Below are positions 11,870 through 23,654 of a stretch of 51,282 nt of DNA, piece by piece. A model generated the notes under the pieces. The model did not search any database, was not told the DNA's origin, and saw nothing but the letters and a program-made list of their open reading frames with translations. Numbering within the stretch: position 1 is the stretch's first letter; each line of letters begins with the position of its first letter. The translations under genes and the position numbers were made by a program. Origin of the DNA: Macrostomum lignano (taxonomy: Eukaryota); NCBI GenBank assembly GCA_002269645.1, contig NIVC01004301.1, positions 1 through 51,282 of the forward strand, written 5' to 3'.

Positions 11870-13563
11870 GTACATCCGGCCCTGCTTGGACTCAACCGCA
11901 GGGACATCAGGGCGGTGGCCATGGCCCTCTCGGGTCTTGGCTGCTTGCCAGGCATCGTCACCTCCAGGGAAAAATCCGCAGTGAGGAATGCCCCTTCTGC
12001 CTCTCCGGTGTCGATAATGCGGAGCACTTCATCTGTGAATGCCCCGCCTTTACTCAGGACAGCTCACCTACCTCGGCCCAAACCCGGACCTCTCCGACGT
12101 TTTCAGGCCCGAGAATCTCTGCCAGCTCGTCCGCTACCTAAGGGCTACCTAAGGGCGCCCTCTGGCTTTATGCCAATGAAAACATTAATCCCGCATATGG
12201 ACTTTGTCCGCCGCGACCTTAACAACATCCACATGGACCTGGGCAATGTGGATAGTCGACCTCCCGCCCTCAACATCAGGAGGGGCTTCAAGACCGCCAT
12301 CCCTGGCCGAGACAACATTCCGCTGGATGTCGGTGTGAACCGGCGCAGCCAGGGCATTCACTGCTTCACCGACGGCTCGCTGTTCAACGGCCGCGCTGGA
12401 GCGGGTATTGCCATTTTCCACGAGGGTAAGATGCTTCTCCAGGAAAGTCTGCACCTCGGTGAGAACACCTCAGTTTTCCAAGCTGAAATTTGCGCCATCG
12501 AGCAGTGTGCCCAGCAACTGTTTCAGGCGAACATTAATAATTTTGACATTAATTTCTACACTGATAGCCAAGCTGCTATTAAGGCCTTAACCACTGAGAA
12601 TATCTCCGCTGCTACAGTATCTCAATGCCACCGCAGTGTGCAATCTCTCTCAGTCCTTAACAGGATTAGAATTATCTGGACACCTGGTCACAGCAACATC
12701 CTGGGCAACGAGCTCGCAGACTCTCTCGCCAAGGAGGGCAGCAACCCAGACGGCAACCACCGTCTGATGAGGCTACCCACTCCCAGGTCGCAAGTCACCC
12801 GCCATATCAACAGGTGGCTCCATCAGCAGCACCAGCTCCACTGGAACAGCTGCACCGAGTACAGGCAGAGCCGCTCTGCCATGCCTAACCTGAACAGGAA
12901 AGTCTCTGATTATCTGATTTCGCTTAACAGAACCGACCTCAGGGAGATGTGCATGGTCCTAACCGGCCACGGATTCTTCCAGAGACATATATCGTTGCAA
13001 ACCGGTTGCCCTCCCACCTGCCCCTTCTGTGGCATAGGAGAGGAGACCGCGGAGCATCACGTCACCTTCTGCCCTTACTTCAACAAGGCGCGGCACAAAT
13101 ACCTCGGCCACCCCCAGCGGATGGACGAGCTGACCACCGCGGACAATATCCGAGACATCCGCGCCTTCGTCCGGGACTCCGGCCGGATGAGGGTCGCCGA
13201 TGCCTCCACTGCGGACCTGCCGACTACTGGCGGGGACTGGGCGCACCCCCAAGGCTAATCCTTGTGCTCTTTTACCTTGGGGTTGCGATAGGGGCCTCGC
13301 GGCCTATTCGCGGCGCCTGCGCCCCCCGTCAGTAGTAAGTAAGTTAGTAAGTAAGTAAGGGCTACCGGGCGAGCGACAATCCACCTACTGGACCCTCCGG
13401 AGGGGGACCGCGCTGCGGACACCGGCGCCACCGGATCTCCATGCGCGACACCGCAGCACCAGCTGCCCGTGGTCGCCAGGGGTTAGCGAAAGGGGCGGCA
13501 ACGCCTCCTCGCTGTTTCCGGAGCACGGAGCACGGAGCCACCTACAGCTGAGTCAAGTCAAGT
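11870..13563 (+). mobile_element. 3' fragment of a degenerate non-LTR retrotransposon (host LINE), interrupted at 12149 by a second LINE. Ends in a GCAA-tetraloop hairpin and a (TCAAG)n-type tail
   Basis: Frameshifted [18 protein letters not shown]...RHRHLQ...CPFC...[11 protein letters not shown]...VRYLRA resumes as TGRATIHLL...RG* at 13367-13486 once the insert is removed. Hairpin GGGGCG-GCAA-CGCCTC lies near 13493-13509. Confidence 0.8.
12150..13355 (+). mobile_element. 5'-truncated LINE (I/R1/Loa-type) encoding RNase HI and a C-terminal CCHC zinc finger, with a (TAAG)n tail and an 11-bp TSD
   Basis: RNase H motifs [46 protein letters not shown]; CPFC...HHVTFCP; stop at 13256-13258; TSD TAAGGGCTACC at 12139-12149 and 13356-13366. 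Confidence 0.92.
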
Positions 13564-13723
13564 ACTGAACACCATATGTGAGCGTAATCAGGGATCAGCA
13601 GAATGGATATGAGTGGCTTTTTTTCTTCTCTGGCTGTGGGCAGACCAGATGTCGCGGAACTCCGGCCCGCAAAGCCTCTCTACCTGACCCTCCGTCCTTT
13701 GAAACTTCACATTTAGCAATCCG

Positions 13724-14310
13724 GCTCTCTTGTCTCCTTTCTCTCCTCTCTTCTCCCCTTCTCTCTTCTCCTCTCCTCTCTTATTCTCTCCCTCTCACCC
13801 TTTTCTCCTCTCGTCTCGTCTCCTCTTCTCTCTTCTCCTTTCCTTTCCATTCTCCCTTCTACTCTCCTCTCCTTTTCTCTTTTATCCTCTACTCTACTCT
13901 CCTTTTCTCTCTTCTTCTCTCCCTTCTCTCCTCTCCTCTCACTTCTCTCCTCTCGTCTCCTCTTTTCTAATTTCCTCTCCATTCTCCCTTCTACTCTCCT
14001 CTCCTCTTCTCTTTTATCCTCTACTCTCCTCTCCTTTTATCTCTTATTCTCTCCCTTCTCTCCTCTCATCTCCTCTCTTATTCTCTTCCTTTTCTCCTCT
14101 ACTCTCCTCTCCTCTTCCCTTTTATCCTCTACTCTACTCTCCTCTCCTTTTCTCTCTTCTTCTCTCCCTTCTCTCCTCTCGTCTCCCTTTTCTCCTCTCC
14201 TCTTCTCTCCTCCGTTCTCGTCTCGTCCCCTCTTCTCTCCTCTCCTCTTTTCTCCTCTACTTTCCTCTCCTTTCCTCTCCATTCTCTTCTCTACTCTCCT
14301 CTCTCCTTCC
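13724..14310. repeat. Polypyrimidine low-complexity tract of CTCTC/CTCCT-type units
   Basis: Direct. Confidence 0.92.
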
Positions 14311-14807
14311 TCTGGCCCACAGTCATTCCCTAGGTTCTCTATCTGCCCTTGAGGTAAAAAATTTGCCGACCCGTGGGGCAAGCTGTCGACTAATAAGCAA
14401 TTAATCCGATGCCCGAAACCCCCTACTAGTAGTAGGTCAACTATTCTTTAGCGCCAGTAAAATTAAAGCAAACTGCTAAAGCTTATATTTCTTGATGCAA
14501 AATTTAGATTTTATCTTTACATATTTGCGTACAAACATACAAATTTTATTTATGCATTTCAATTAAAAATTATTAAATTAAAAAACGCAGACAAAAGTTA
14601 CAGCAATTAATGCATAAATTCACAGGGATAATTAACGACCAAAATTAGTAATATATGCAGCTTAGAATTAGTTCATATATGCAGTAACACTTCACGCGAA
14701 ATTAAAAGAAACAAATGCTTATTGATATCTTTTCTTTTGAGCATTCCGCAGCGGTTTTCTCATTTAAATTATCAAATCAATAAATTACCTCTAAAAACCC
14801 ACTGTGA

Positions 14808-16086
14808 GTCTGATACCCTCTCCTGACTGACAGTCTGATCCAATCTCCTGACTGACAGTCTGATCCCATCTCCTGACTGACAGTCTGATCCAATCTCCTG
14901 ACTGACAGTCTGATCTAATCTCCTGACTGACAGTCTGATCCCATCTCCTGACTGACAGTCTGATCTCATCTCCTGACTGACAGTCTGATCCCATCTCCTG
15001 ACTGACAGTCTGATCCAATCTCCTGACTGACAGTCTATTCCAATCTCCTGACTGACAGTCTATTCCAATCTCCTGACTGACAGTCTGATCTCATCTCCTG
15101 ACTGACAGTCTATTCCAATCTCCTGACTGACAGTCTGATCCCATCTCCTGACTGACAGTCTGATCCCATCTCCTGACTGACAGTCTGATCCAATCTCCTG
15201 ACTGACAGTCTATTCCAATCTCCTGACTGACAGTCTGATCCAATCTCCTGACTGACAGTCTGATCCCATCTCCTGACTGACAGTCTGATCCAATCTCCTG
15301 ACTGACAGTCTATTCCAATCTCCTGACTGACAGTCTATTCCAATCTCCTGACTGACAGTCTGATCCCATCTCCTGACTGACAGTCTGATCCAATCTCCTG
15401 ACTGACAGTCTATTCCAATCTCCTGACTGACAGTCTGATCCAATCTCCTGACTGACAGTCTATTCCAATCTCCTGACTGACAGTCGGATCCAATCTCCTG
15501 ACTGACAGTCTGATCCAATCTCCTGACTGACAGTCTGATCCAATCTCCTGACTGACAGTCTGATCCAATCTCCTGACTGACAGTCTATTCCAATCTCCTG
15601 ACTGGCAGTCTGATCCAATCTCCTGACTGACAGTCTGATCCAATCTCCTGACTGACAGTCTGATCCCATCTCTTGACTGACAGTCTGATCCCATCTCCTG
15701 ACTGACAGTCTGATCCCCTCCAAGACTGACAGTCTGATCCCCTCCCAGACTGACAGTCTGATCCCCTCCCAGACTGACAGTCTGATCCCCTCCCAGACTG
15801 ACAGTCTGATCCCCTCCCAGACTGACAGTCTGATCCCATCTCCTGACTGACAGTCGATCCCATCTCCTGACTGACAGTCGATCCCATCTCCTGACTGACA
15901 GTCTGATCCCATCTCCTGACTGACAGTCTGATCCCATCTCCTGACTGACAGTCTGATCCCATCTCCTGACTGACAGTCTGATCTCATCTCCTGACTGACA
16001 GTCTGATCCCCTCCCTGACAGTCTGATCTCATCTCCTGACTGACAGTCTGATCCCCTCCCTGACAGTCTGATCCCCCCCCCTGACA
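14808..16086. repeat. 25-bp minisatellite (TCTCCTGACTGACAGTCTGATCCCA)n; units shorten to 20-21 bp next to the cyclin Q stop
   Basis: Direct; lies in the inferred 3' UTR of cyclin Q. Confidence 0.97.
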
Positions 16087-16087
16087 T

Positions 16088-17482
16088 TCAGTTGAAACCG
16101 GCAGGCGCCCCAGCACCAAGCACCTGGTCAAGCTGGTACACCCGGCAGATGTCAGTAACCAGCCGGTCCATCAGCCCGGCGCTGGCCTCGGGCCACAGAG
16201 CTCGATACCAGGGCTGCCGACTCTCGATTTCGCCTGGCAACCGTAGGCCAATTAGTCGCATAGCAACCGCGATGACGCCCAAGCTAAGCGCCTGAGGCGG
16301 ATAGGACAGACACAGCGGTGCGTGATAGCTGTCCCTCAGGACGGACCAGGCCAGCGTGGGCAGGCGGGACTGGCGCAGGGCGCCTGGCGGCATCCAATCA
16401 GCGATGGCGCTCAGCTGATAAAGCAGGTGCGAATGCGGCAGCTGCAGCTCGGTGCTGAAGCCGACCGCGCGAACCAGGAAGAGCTCGCAGGTGGCCAGCG
16501 ACTGGCGTAGGCCGTTGTACACCTGGTTGTTGCCGCCCTCCAGCGGCTCCTTGTCAGGGTGCAGCGTCCTGGGAGTTGGGAGATTCAGATCACACTGTCA
16601 GGGGAGGGGTCAGACTGTCAGGGGAGGGGTCAGACTGTCAGGGGAGGGGTCAGACTGTCAGGGGAGGGGTCAGACTGTCAGGGGAGAGGATCAGACTGTC
16701 AGGGAGATGAGGCTGTCAGGGTGGGAGCCTGGGAGGGTTCAGACTGTCAGGGGGAGGGGATCAGACTGTCAGTGGGGGGGACCAGACTGTCAGGGGAGAG
16801 GATCAGACTGTCAGAGAGGGACCAAACTGTCAGGGGAGGGGACCAGACTGTCAGAGAGGGAGTCAGACTGTCAGAGGAGGGGATCAGACTGTCATTAGAG
16901 GGGATCAAACTGTCAGAGAGAGGATGAGACTGTCAGGGGATGAGGCTGTCAGGTAGGGGATCAAACTGTCAGGGGAGGGATCAGACTGTCAGGGGAGAGA
17001 ATCAGCCTGCAAATTAAAGCACTAAGTAGTATACAAACGCACTGATAGAAGACATTGATGATATCGCGTGAATAAACAGACTTGTCCAGCAGTTTTGCAG
17101 CCAGATGAACGCAAGACATTAGGAGAGTCTGGAAAATGAATATAGCAATAGATTCAAATTGGGTTAGGCCTAGCAAAACATACTTGAAATGTTTTATTTT
17201 TACATTTCAAATAGATTTAACAGAAAACTCACATGAGGGTCCACATCGTCAATGCTGATGGATTTGTAGAATCGGTGGTACAGTGTGGCTGCCCCAGCAA
17301 ATGTGGTTGCATCCAAGTCCAATTTGATTGCTAAATTGTACAGATATTTGGTAAAATAAATTTAAAATAATTACACCTAACTAGAATGAATTAAAAATAT
17401 GCATAGATTTCAAAACAAACTCACAGGCTTCAGTCAAGACAGATATAGCTTTGAAATGGTAAGATTCAGTTTGCCTATCCAT
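16088..17482 (-). CDS. CCNQ: Cyclin Q (FAM58A / cyclin M), 240 aa. Exons: 17482-17425, 17330-17233, 17128-17043, 16568-16088
   Basis: The spliced product MDRQTESYHFKAISVLTEASIKLDLD...LYHRFY...DVDPHTLLMSCVHLAAK...RDIINV...CELFLVRAVGF...PHSHLL...AWSVLRDSYHAPLCL...PWY aligns from memory with FAM58A. All introns are GT-AG and phases match (58+98+86+481=723 nt). Confidence 0.93.
16586..16998. repeat. 20-bp minisatellite (GGGGAGGGGTCAGACTGTCA)n in cyclin Q intron 3; the reverse complement of the 14808-16086 array
   Basis: Direct. Confidence 0.95.
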
Positions 17483-18511
17483 CAATGGCTACTAGATTAG
17501 CTGTAATTTTTTGTTTAGTAAGCAGTGACAAGTATTAATATGTTATTACATTAAAACTAAGTAACAGACATAGGTATTATCAATGTGTTATTTCAAATTT
17601 TATAGTTTTTGCCTAGCATTTTGTCTAAAAAAGGCTTAGCCTAACTTAAATTTAAAGTCTATTTGATCACTATTTGTATCAAGTTTTATAATTTGTTTGG
17701 CAATGTTAAACTTCAATGAGTATTATATAGTTTCTTTTTAGCTTTAGCATTTTCTAAATTAGTTGTTGCTGAACTGCTTGTTGCCAAATTCACTAGAAGC
17801 TATATAGCCATGTCTATACCATAGGCCTAGCCCCTAGGCCTACTTAAATCTAATAAAAAAATTACAAATGATAAATTCAATCCCAACCTAATACCATATC
17901 AAATCCTTTGGCTTTGAATCTAGTATACATGTAAGCAGTTGGCATACCCTAGAAGATGTTGTTATCATTTATGCCAGAATTTTTTAGTATGCATTTGGTT
18001 TGTGCTGGGCATGTCATATACATAGTAAATTTAGTCTTAGTATGAATTCCAATACACATTTAACATGATCCAGAGTACCAAAAAAATTTATGCCAAGACT
18101 AAAATTGTTTATATACATTTTTTCAAAGAATATAGGCCTATATTTTTAGGAATTCAAAACTTTTACCAAACTTTAAAACAGCATATTTTTGGCTAAAAAC
18201 TGATACTTTTTATTTTAATTTTGAATTTCTTGTGATTGCGTTATTATTTTTTATTTTAGTTTCTGATTATTTTTAAAGAGCTTTTGACGTTGGTTGATTT
18301 TTAACTATAAGATTACATTAGCTTTGAACTTGGCTATAGTATTTTTTGTATACCAACTGTGTACAGTTTATGTTGAACCTGAAAATTCTATATGCCAAGT
18401 GTACACCAAGATTGTCAGCGAGAGCAAAAATATGCCGGAAAATTCTGGCATAAAGGCCACCTTCCAGACTATGGCCAGAGTAGGCTAGGGCCTATGGAAT
18501 ATAGTATTAGC

Positions 18512-19438
18512 CAGTGATGGGCACTGCTAAATTTATTTTTAGCACCGCTAATTAGCGCTGTTGCTAATTGATAGAAAAAAATTTGTGATCTATAATAGCG
18601 GGCACTATTTCTACTTTGAATTTAGCATAATTAGTGCTGCTAATTTTGAAATGTGTTAATTAATAAATATTAATTATTTAATAATAATTAAACTGACATT
18701 TCACATGTATTTATGCATTTTTGCACATTTTGAACTTACATGTTTTAAATGAATAAGCTATTAATGCTATTGCTAATAATTTGTTTTTATTATCAATCCT
18801 AATAAAAAATCCTCAAGCCACTGAACCGTCAGAGCAACAGTTGGTAGAAAGAGTTCCTAAATTACAATGCTGTTTTCCTTGAAAAACGTCAAGGGCCCTT
18901 GCTACTACGGCCATGACCTTCTTATACTCAGGAAGGAAAGCGAGATCATCAGCTTGAAATGGTGGTATGGGATTTATTAATCCCATCATAACCCTGTTGA
19001 TATAGCCTGTTGCTTTGCATCATTGCTTAGAATATCAACTGAGTTGAACATTGAATTCTTTGATTAAATTATTAAATTAAATTAAATTAATCAACAACTT
19101 TTTGCTAACAAATTAAAAGTTGTAAGAAAACTTATTCAAATTTTGTTTCGCATTTTTAAGAAAATTAGAAACATATTAGATTTAGTATAGGTGGATTTAC
19201 GTAATCTTTAACTTATTACTCAAATAAGGTCTCATTTTTAGTATTAAACAGTCATTAACTGTCTAGTTTTATAGCAAAAAAATGAATTTAGCACAATTAG
19301 CGATTTTTCGAAAATATTAGCAGCACTTTGATAGTGCGCACTAAATGGAATTTCAATTTAGCAGAATTAGTGGCGCTAACAAAACATTATTGGCACTTTA
19401 GTGGAATTCAAATTTAGTAGTGCTAGTGCCTATCACTA
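18512..19438. mobile_element. Non-autonomous hAT-type DNA transposon (MITE), 927 bp
   Basis: TIRs CAGTGATGGGCAC and GTGCCTATCACTA; perfect 8-bp TSD GTATTAGC at 18504-18511 and 19439-19446; subterminal GCTAA/TTAGC motifs; no transposase ORF. Confidence 0.9.
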
Positions 19439-20014
19439 GTATTAGCATAGTCCTAGGATCCTAAAATAGGGACCTACTAAACTGGCAATTATTCAAAAAG
19501 TTTAGACTTTAGAGCTCTTACAAAAATTATATTATGCATAGGCCTAATATAACATTGAATTTAATACATAATAAATGTTTAACATAATATACTATAATAC
19601 TAGGCATTAAGGCCTACTGCCCTATGCTATAGTTGTATAGATTATAGATTATTTTAGTAATGCATGATAAAAAACCAATAAACCCTAGGTTTAATTTCTA
19701 GCATAGGATCTGCAATGTAATGCTAGGGCTTAGGCCTCTGTAATATTGCATTTATGAAATAAACATCTTGTCAAATTTGATCATCCAAATTTGAGATCCT
19801 CAATCCTATCCTAGGGCATTGGCCTATTGCCAAATTCGACTAGGATCTCAGGTCTTTTGAAACCAACAAAGGAAAGGTGAGTAGAGTACATTATGTAAAT
19901 CTAGGGAAAATACTATTAGGCTAAGTACCTAGGCCTACTACTAGGTCTAGGTCTAGACTAGTTACAAATTGCAACTATATGAACTAGGGCCTACATAATG
20001 CATGCAATTACTTA

Positions 20015-20016
<2 letters not shown>

Positions 20017-20056
<40 letters not shown>
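20017..20056. repeat. (AAT)n microsatellite
   Basis: Direct. Confidence 0.95.
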
Positions 20057-20057
<1 letters not shown>

Positions 20058-20354
20058 CAATAACAAAAAGACTAGGCCTCAGGCCACTATGGACAGTCAC
20101 TAGGGCATAACTATGGTTTCGTTCGTTATATTATTTCTTGTTTCGAATTTGTTCCAGCGCACGTAGAAATGGCTGGACGACCATCGGATTCTACGACGAT
20201 CATTCGTCAGACAACGTCGAGACGAATATAGACGAATATAATGCTAGACTATACACCGTAACTAAACATACCTACACAACTGCGCGTGCCCAATTATATG
20301 GAACTTCATTTGTATGATAGTATTAAAGAAACAATAGGCTAACAATTAACATGA

Positions 20355-20365
20355 TGCGCATGCGC
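20355..20365. promoter_or_regulatory. NRF1/EWG-type palindrome TGCGCATGCGC, a possible promoter element for cyclin Q
   Basis: Motif match in a CpG-containing patch at the end of the AT-rich region upstream of cyclin Q; the link to the gene is inferred. Confidence 0.35.
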
Positions 20366-20884
20366 TGCGCATTGCTTCAGTCTTTTTGGTAAATTATTTC
20401 TCGGAAAAAACTAACTTGAAATTGTGCGATTGCTTGTGCAATACAACAGAACAAAGTGTCTGGAATTGGCTATCAACATTACAGCCATCATTGGTATTTG
20501 GTATTGTTAATTGACTCACGCTGCTACTCTGGCTGGCTCGCTGGTCAAAAAATAAAATCGCGGGGGTTTGTTAACATTTCTTTTTACGTATCCGCCTTCG
20601 TGTCTGAATTTTCGCTTTCAGTTTCATTTCTAGATGGCGACAATAAACGAAAAAAACTGATTTTCGCTTTCTACCTTCCCTACTCTACCCTATATCCCAC
20701 GTCTCTTGGTCTTCTCCCTTGCTCTCTCCTCTCCTTCTCCTATAGCTCTTCATTACTTTTCCTCGGTTGACGCCGGACGGTGATTTAGTCTAGCTGCCAC
20801 GGCCTTTTCGGCTGCTAATATTCATGAAGAGTCTTTCAATTCGTCTGCCATAAAAATTTTCAGGTCTAGCTCATACAAGCTACA

Positions 20885-20941
20885 TTTAGTTGTGAGCACT
20901 CAGCAGAACTCTGAATCTAAAGTTCGAGTCTCGGTGTAACC
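20885..20941 (+). pseudogene. Degenerate tRNA-Gln(CTG)-derived sequence lacking the 5' acceptor strand
   Basis: GTGAGCACTC..ACTCTGAATC..AGTTCGAGTCTCGGTGTAACC matches the D, anticodon and T-arm blocks of metazoan tRNA-Gln(CTG), but the variable-loop and T-stem 5' bases are deleted. Confidence 0.6.
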
Positions 20942-21269
20942 GGCCTGCTGACCACTTATGTAAAATAATACATGTACACATGCATGTATGACTTTACTAC
21001 TCATCCTTCAGATGGGTCTGAGTAAAAAACTGAGTGTAAAAATGGATAGCTGATTAAAAAGTGCAGGTAGAATTCATTCTGCATCAAGGCATTAACAAAA
21101 TGGAAAGATATGTCAAAGTTATACATGTACATTAAGATGAGAAGTCGATGACCTCCGAGGTCAAAATAAAAAACTTTTGTTTTTAAACTATATAACATGT
21201 ACATGCATATAGAAAAGGCCAAATTGAAACAACAACACAAAACAACACAAACAGATTGTTAAGTGCAAG

Positions 21270-21460
21270 TTTCAAGTAGGTAAATGTCAGTTTTAGGTAG
21301 TTTTGTGTCAATTTCAGGTAGTTATTATATTTTTTGTCAGTTTTAGGTAGGTAAATGTCAGTTTCAGGTACTTCAAAGTGTTTCAGGTATACTATACAGA
21401 CCATTTTTAGTATATGGATGTGTCAGTCTCAGCAGGTAGTTAAATGTCAGTTTCAGGCAA
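21270..21460. repeat. Short imperfect tandem repeat of GTAAATGTCAGTTT(T/C)AGGTA-like units
   Basis: Direct. Confidence 0.75.
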
Positions 21461-22149
21461 GCTCGTAATTTTGTGTATTTTCGGGACACCGGCCCTACTC
21501 GTACTTGCCCCCTGTGGATTACTGACGTTCGATCGCGTGATCCTGTTCGCGGTGTCCCGGGCTGGTGTTTGTCATTGTAACCCCCTGGCATCAACAGCCG
21601 TTGTTCACGAGGAAAAGATTGTGAATAGATATAGGCACAATTCAAGGTTGAAGGTTCGACTGTTCAACGTGAATAGCCATATTTTTATTAAAGATTCATT
21701 TCACTTGCTTCCTTTGTCTATAATCCCCAACCCCCCGATCCAATTTAGAGGCTACAAAATTGACGAGGTAAAGTAATTACATCTACTTTATATAACCAGG
21801 TGAATTAATTACTTGCTAAAAATATCAGCATGAACAATCGATGTTGAGAAAAGGTTACAAAACTAGAAGATGAAGTAATTAATTGTTCAATGGGTCGTCA
21901 TGATAACAATCGGTATTTAAAGAGGCTTCAAAACTGACGATAGCTTTATGAAACTATAGAAAATTCTAGGAAGATATATTAATAGCACAAGCTTTAGAAG
22001 TAAGAATAATCGAATTTCGTAAACAATTAAATTTGTCATCAAATAATCAGATTGATACTTGCTTTCGTGCGTTTACAAAGTATTGTTAAGTAATTTCACT
22101 AAGCTGACTTTGCTCAATCAATTTTAAACATTTTGAATTATCAGTTTGT

Positions 22150-22884
22150 TTAAACAAACGGATCGACGCATTCGCACAGGCAATTTTCAACGTTGGTGTG
22201 AATTTCGGTGAGATAATTGACTCCGTAACTGTGCGAGTGCCAGATACACGCTCGATATGCCAAATCGCCGATGTTTGGCTGGCCAGTGTGCCAGACCTCA
22301 GGCAGAAAAGTGACGTTGCAGCGCTCCCAAATCCAGGTGCCAGTTTTGAAGCTCCCGACGCGGTAGCCGCCAATGAAATAGCCATTGCCGGTGCTCTCTT
22401 GAGTCTTCAGCCAGTGCATGCGTTCGACTTCGGCTCTGTCCAGAGCATCCGCGTATTTGGTTAGCCCGGGCTCTGAGTTGCACTTCTCCGATCCTTGTGT
22501 CCAATTGGAGACCGAATAAAATTTGTAGATCAAACCGAGGTAGCCGTATTTGTAGCCGCTGGGGCACAGCTGCCCGTTCGGCAGGTTTTCCATGCGGCGA
22601 ACGAAGGCCGAACCGAAGGTGCTGCAGTTCATCTTGTTGGGCACGTGGCTGCAGGTGTCGAACACGAACATCTGGCAGCCGAAGCCGCTGTCGGACGGCT
22701 GACGGAAGCCGCGGCAGGACGCGCCCTGCTCGACACAGGCGAAGGCGCACTGCCTCTCCGTGGCCAGCGACAGCTCAGTGGGCTCGCTGACGAATTGCGG
22801 CTTCAGGCAGAGGCGGATGTACTTTTCTACGAAGTCGTTTTCTGGCTCGCTGACGGAGACGGCGAATGGAATGAGGCTGAGCAT
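22150..22884 (-). CDS. Secreted PAN/apple-like plus C-type lectin-like domain protein (copy 1), ~244 aa from the ATG at 22884; may have an extra upstream exon via the acceptor at 22919
   Basis: Hydrophobic N-terminus; PAN-like CAFACV...CRGF...CQMF; CTLD motifs NWxxxxxxC, YFIGG, WIWE, WHTGQPN, LCE. Confidence 0.82.
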   Translation of the reverse strand: MLSLIPFAVSVSEPENDFVEKYIRLCLKPQFVSEPTELSLATERQCAFACVEQGASCRGFRQPSDSGFGCQMFVFDTCSHVPNKMNCSTFGSAFVRRMENLPNGQLCPSGYKYGYLGLIYKFYSVSNWTQGSEKCNSEPGLTKYADALDRAEVERMHWLKTQESTGNGYFIGGYRVGSFKTGTWIWERCNVTFLPEVWHTGQPNIGDLAYRACIWHSHSYGVNYLTEIHTNVENCLCECVDPFV

Positions 22885-23349
22885 CGACAGGAGGCACAGG
22901 CAGGTCCCTTGCCGAGCAGCTGGTGATAGTTTTACATGTGATTGTATCGTAACTAGTGACAAATATTTTACACGAAAGCAATCTCTGAAGGACATCTACA
23001 CAGGGGTGGCAATTAGTTAACCTGTCTGCGGACTCTGTCTTTTATCTTGAACCGCCTACCTCATTTATTTGGGGCTTTCTTGACTTATCCATTAAGCGAG
23101 TGAGTTCGTGTTCATGGATCAGGGTCCGCGAAATGGTCGTCCACAGTTTTAACTGTTCATGCATGTAAAGTACAGTGAATACTTACACTTGCTAGTTGAT
23201 TCCATGAGCAGAGAAAGCCTTCCTTTTCTGATAGGAAATGATTTACAACTTAGGCTGAAATAAGTTCAAGAATGTATTGGGGCGCCCCTCTACGTTGCTT
23301 CAATTTATAGTCAGCAAACTGGTGCTTAACAGCCGAAAGGGTCATTCAT

Positions 23350-23520
23350 AGAGCTATTAAAAACTGAATTTGAGAGTTGAGACTGACAGCTTGTGGAGGT
23401 GCGAGAAAATTTTAGCTGTCATTTTAAAGTAATTTATTGACTCTAGTCGACAAATACTCTCAACTACCTCTCTCCGCTTCGAAAGGGTGCCACTAAAAAT
23501 TAGCTCTCATATTTTTTAAA
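23350..23520. repeat. Dispersed repeat, copy 1 of 3 (others at ~26375-26600 and ~29780-30050); core GAGACTGACAGCTTGTGGAGGTGCGAGAAAATTTTAGCTGTCATTTT
   Basis: The same core and downstream blocks (AGTCGACAAATACTCTC, GGGTGCCACT, CACTCTACTCAATTGAG) are shared between copies. Confidence 0.8.
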
Positions 23521-23654
23521 GACTTACGTCAATAAACAACATGATGCCCTACCCTGGATAATCCAAGGTACAACAAAATCGGGCTTTGAAATATCCTAGG
23601 TCTTGAATTGTCCGGGGTGAATAAAGATTGGGGTGGCAAGTTAGTCAAATTATT

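Noticed and set aside
14808-16086. Regularly spaced 20-27-bp repeats (also 30172-31222, 33990-34745, 45465-46327) as CRISPR arrays
   Set aside because: The units are contiguous with no unique spacers, there are no cas genes, and the context is eukaryotic with introns
21482-21558. 10-bp inverted repeat CGGGACACCG / CGGTGTCCCG
   Set aside because: Too short, with no TSD or second copy; compatible with chance
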